In this document: in pieces, positions 63,700-64,000 of the stretch | Position numbering within the stretch: position 1 is the first letter of the stretch | Layout: each line of letters starts with the position of its first letter | DNA from: Gammaproteobacteria bacterium | Lineage (GTDB): Bacteria; Pseudomonadota; Gammaproteobacteria; Steroidobacterales; Steroidobacteraceae | DNA: 64,000 nt | Assembly: GCA_046091005.1 (NCBI GenBank) | Contig: JBJTAV010000151.1 | Span: 520 to 64,519 of the forward strand | Reading direction: 5' to 3' | Translations under genes and position numbers: made by a program | Notes under the pieces: model-generated | Database searches by the model: none | Told to the model about the DNA's origin: nothing | Seen by the model: only the letters and a program-made list of their open reading frames with translations

Positions 63700-64000
63700 A
63701 TGGAATTCTTCAAGAGCAACAGCCGCGTCGCCTTCATGGGCACTCGCAAAATCTGGTACGCGGTGTCGACCACTCTGTTCGTCATCTCGCTGGTTGCGCT
63801 CTTTACCAAGGGCCTCAATCTGGGTGTCGACTTCACGGGCGGTATCACGGTCGAAGCAAAGTTCACGAGCGAGGCCAGGCCCGAACAATTGCGCACGGGT
63901 CTCGAGCGTGCGGGTTTCGAAGACGTGCAGGTGCAGAACTTTGGTTCGTCGCGCGACGTCGCGATCCGTTTGCCGCCGCCTGTGGGTCAGTCCCCAGATG
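63700..64000 (+). CDS. secF: Protein translocase subunit SecF (5' part, runs off window end)
   Basis: ATG at 63700 gives MEFFKSNSRVAFMGTRKIWYAVSTTLFVISLVALFTKGLNLGVDFTGGI.... Not in the track because there is no stop in the window. Confidence 0.9.
   Translation, partial: MEFFKSNSRVAFMGTRKIWYAVSTTLFVISLVALFTKGLNLGVDFTGGITVEAKFTSEARPEQLRTGLERAGFEDVQVQNFGSSRDVAIRLPPPVGQSPD

Overview
Visibly GC-rich chromosomal segment, most consistent with a gammaproteobacterium; gene order resembles Pseudomonas, Xanthomonadales or Nevskiales, and no closer assignment is possible from sequence alone. The window is densely packed core housekeeping DNA. I can support about 70 protein genes, one tRNA-Leu(CAA) and one tandem glycine riboswitch with its terminator. 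The conserved blocks, in order:
- ygfB-pepP-ubiH-ubiI, then phhB and ispG
- glycine riboswitch-gcvT-gcvH-gcvPA-gcvPB, followed by a long co-directional run (dgkA, PfkB kinase, DUF72, sua5, ornithine-type decarboxylase, DUF882 peptidase, ComB-like phosphatase, HAD, DUF486, HIT)
- lrp, rlmI-lgt-thyA-SET-folA, fumA
- apaH-rsmA-pdxA-surA-lptD, amgK-murU, lipA-lipB-folE
- ybeD-dat-dacA-rlpA-mltB-rodA-mrdA-mreDCB
- gatCAB, hslO, zapE
- acetoacetyl-CoA synthetase, ETF-QO, thiolase and plsC
- xerD-dsbC, fdxA, a NUDIX gene, tRNA-Leu, queA-tgt-yajC-secD-secF

I see no transposase, prophage, CRISPR array, toxin-antitoxin pair or recognisable defence island, and intergenic space is minimal. I therefore cannot honestly claim a clear new multi-gene system. 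The best leads are:
1. A perfectly phased relay of three 5-codon mini-ORFs, built from a 17-bp triple tandem repeat, linking the mltB stop to the rlpA start.
2. An in-frame TGA at a conserved Gly position of gatB, with the conserved C-terminal tail still encoded in frame behind it.
3. A SET-domain lysine methyltransferase with a poly-basic tail wedged between thyA and folA and translationally coupled to folA.
4. A tightly coupled, functionally unexplained six-gene module: PLP decarboxylase, Tat-exported DUF882 peptidase, ComB-like phosphatase, HAD, DUF486 and HIT.

The many long ORFs antisense to real genes are GC-bias artefacts.
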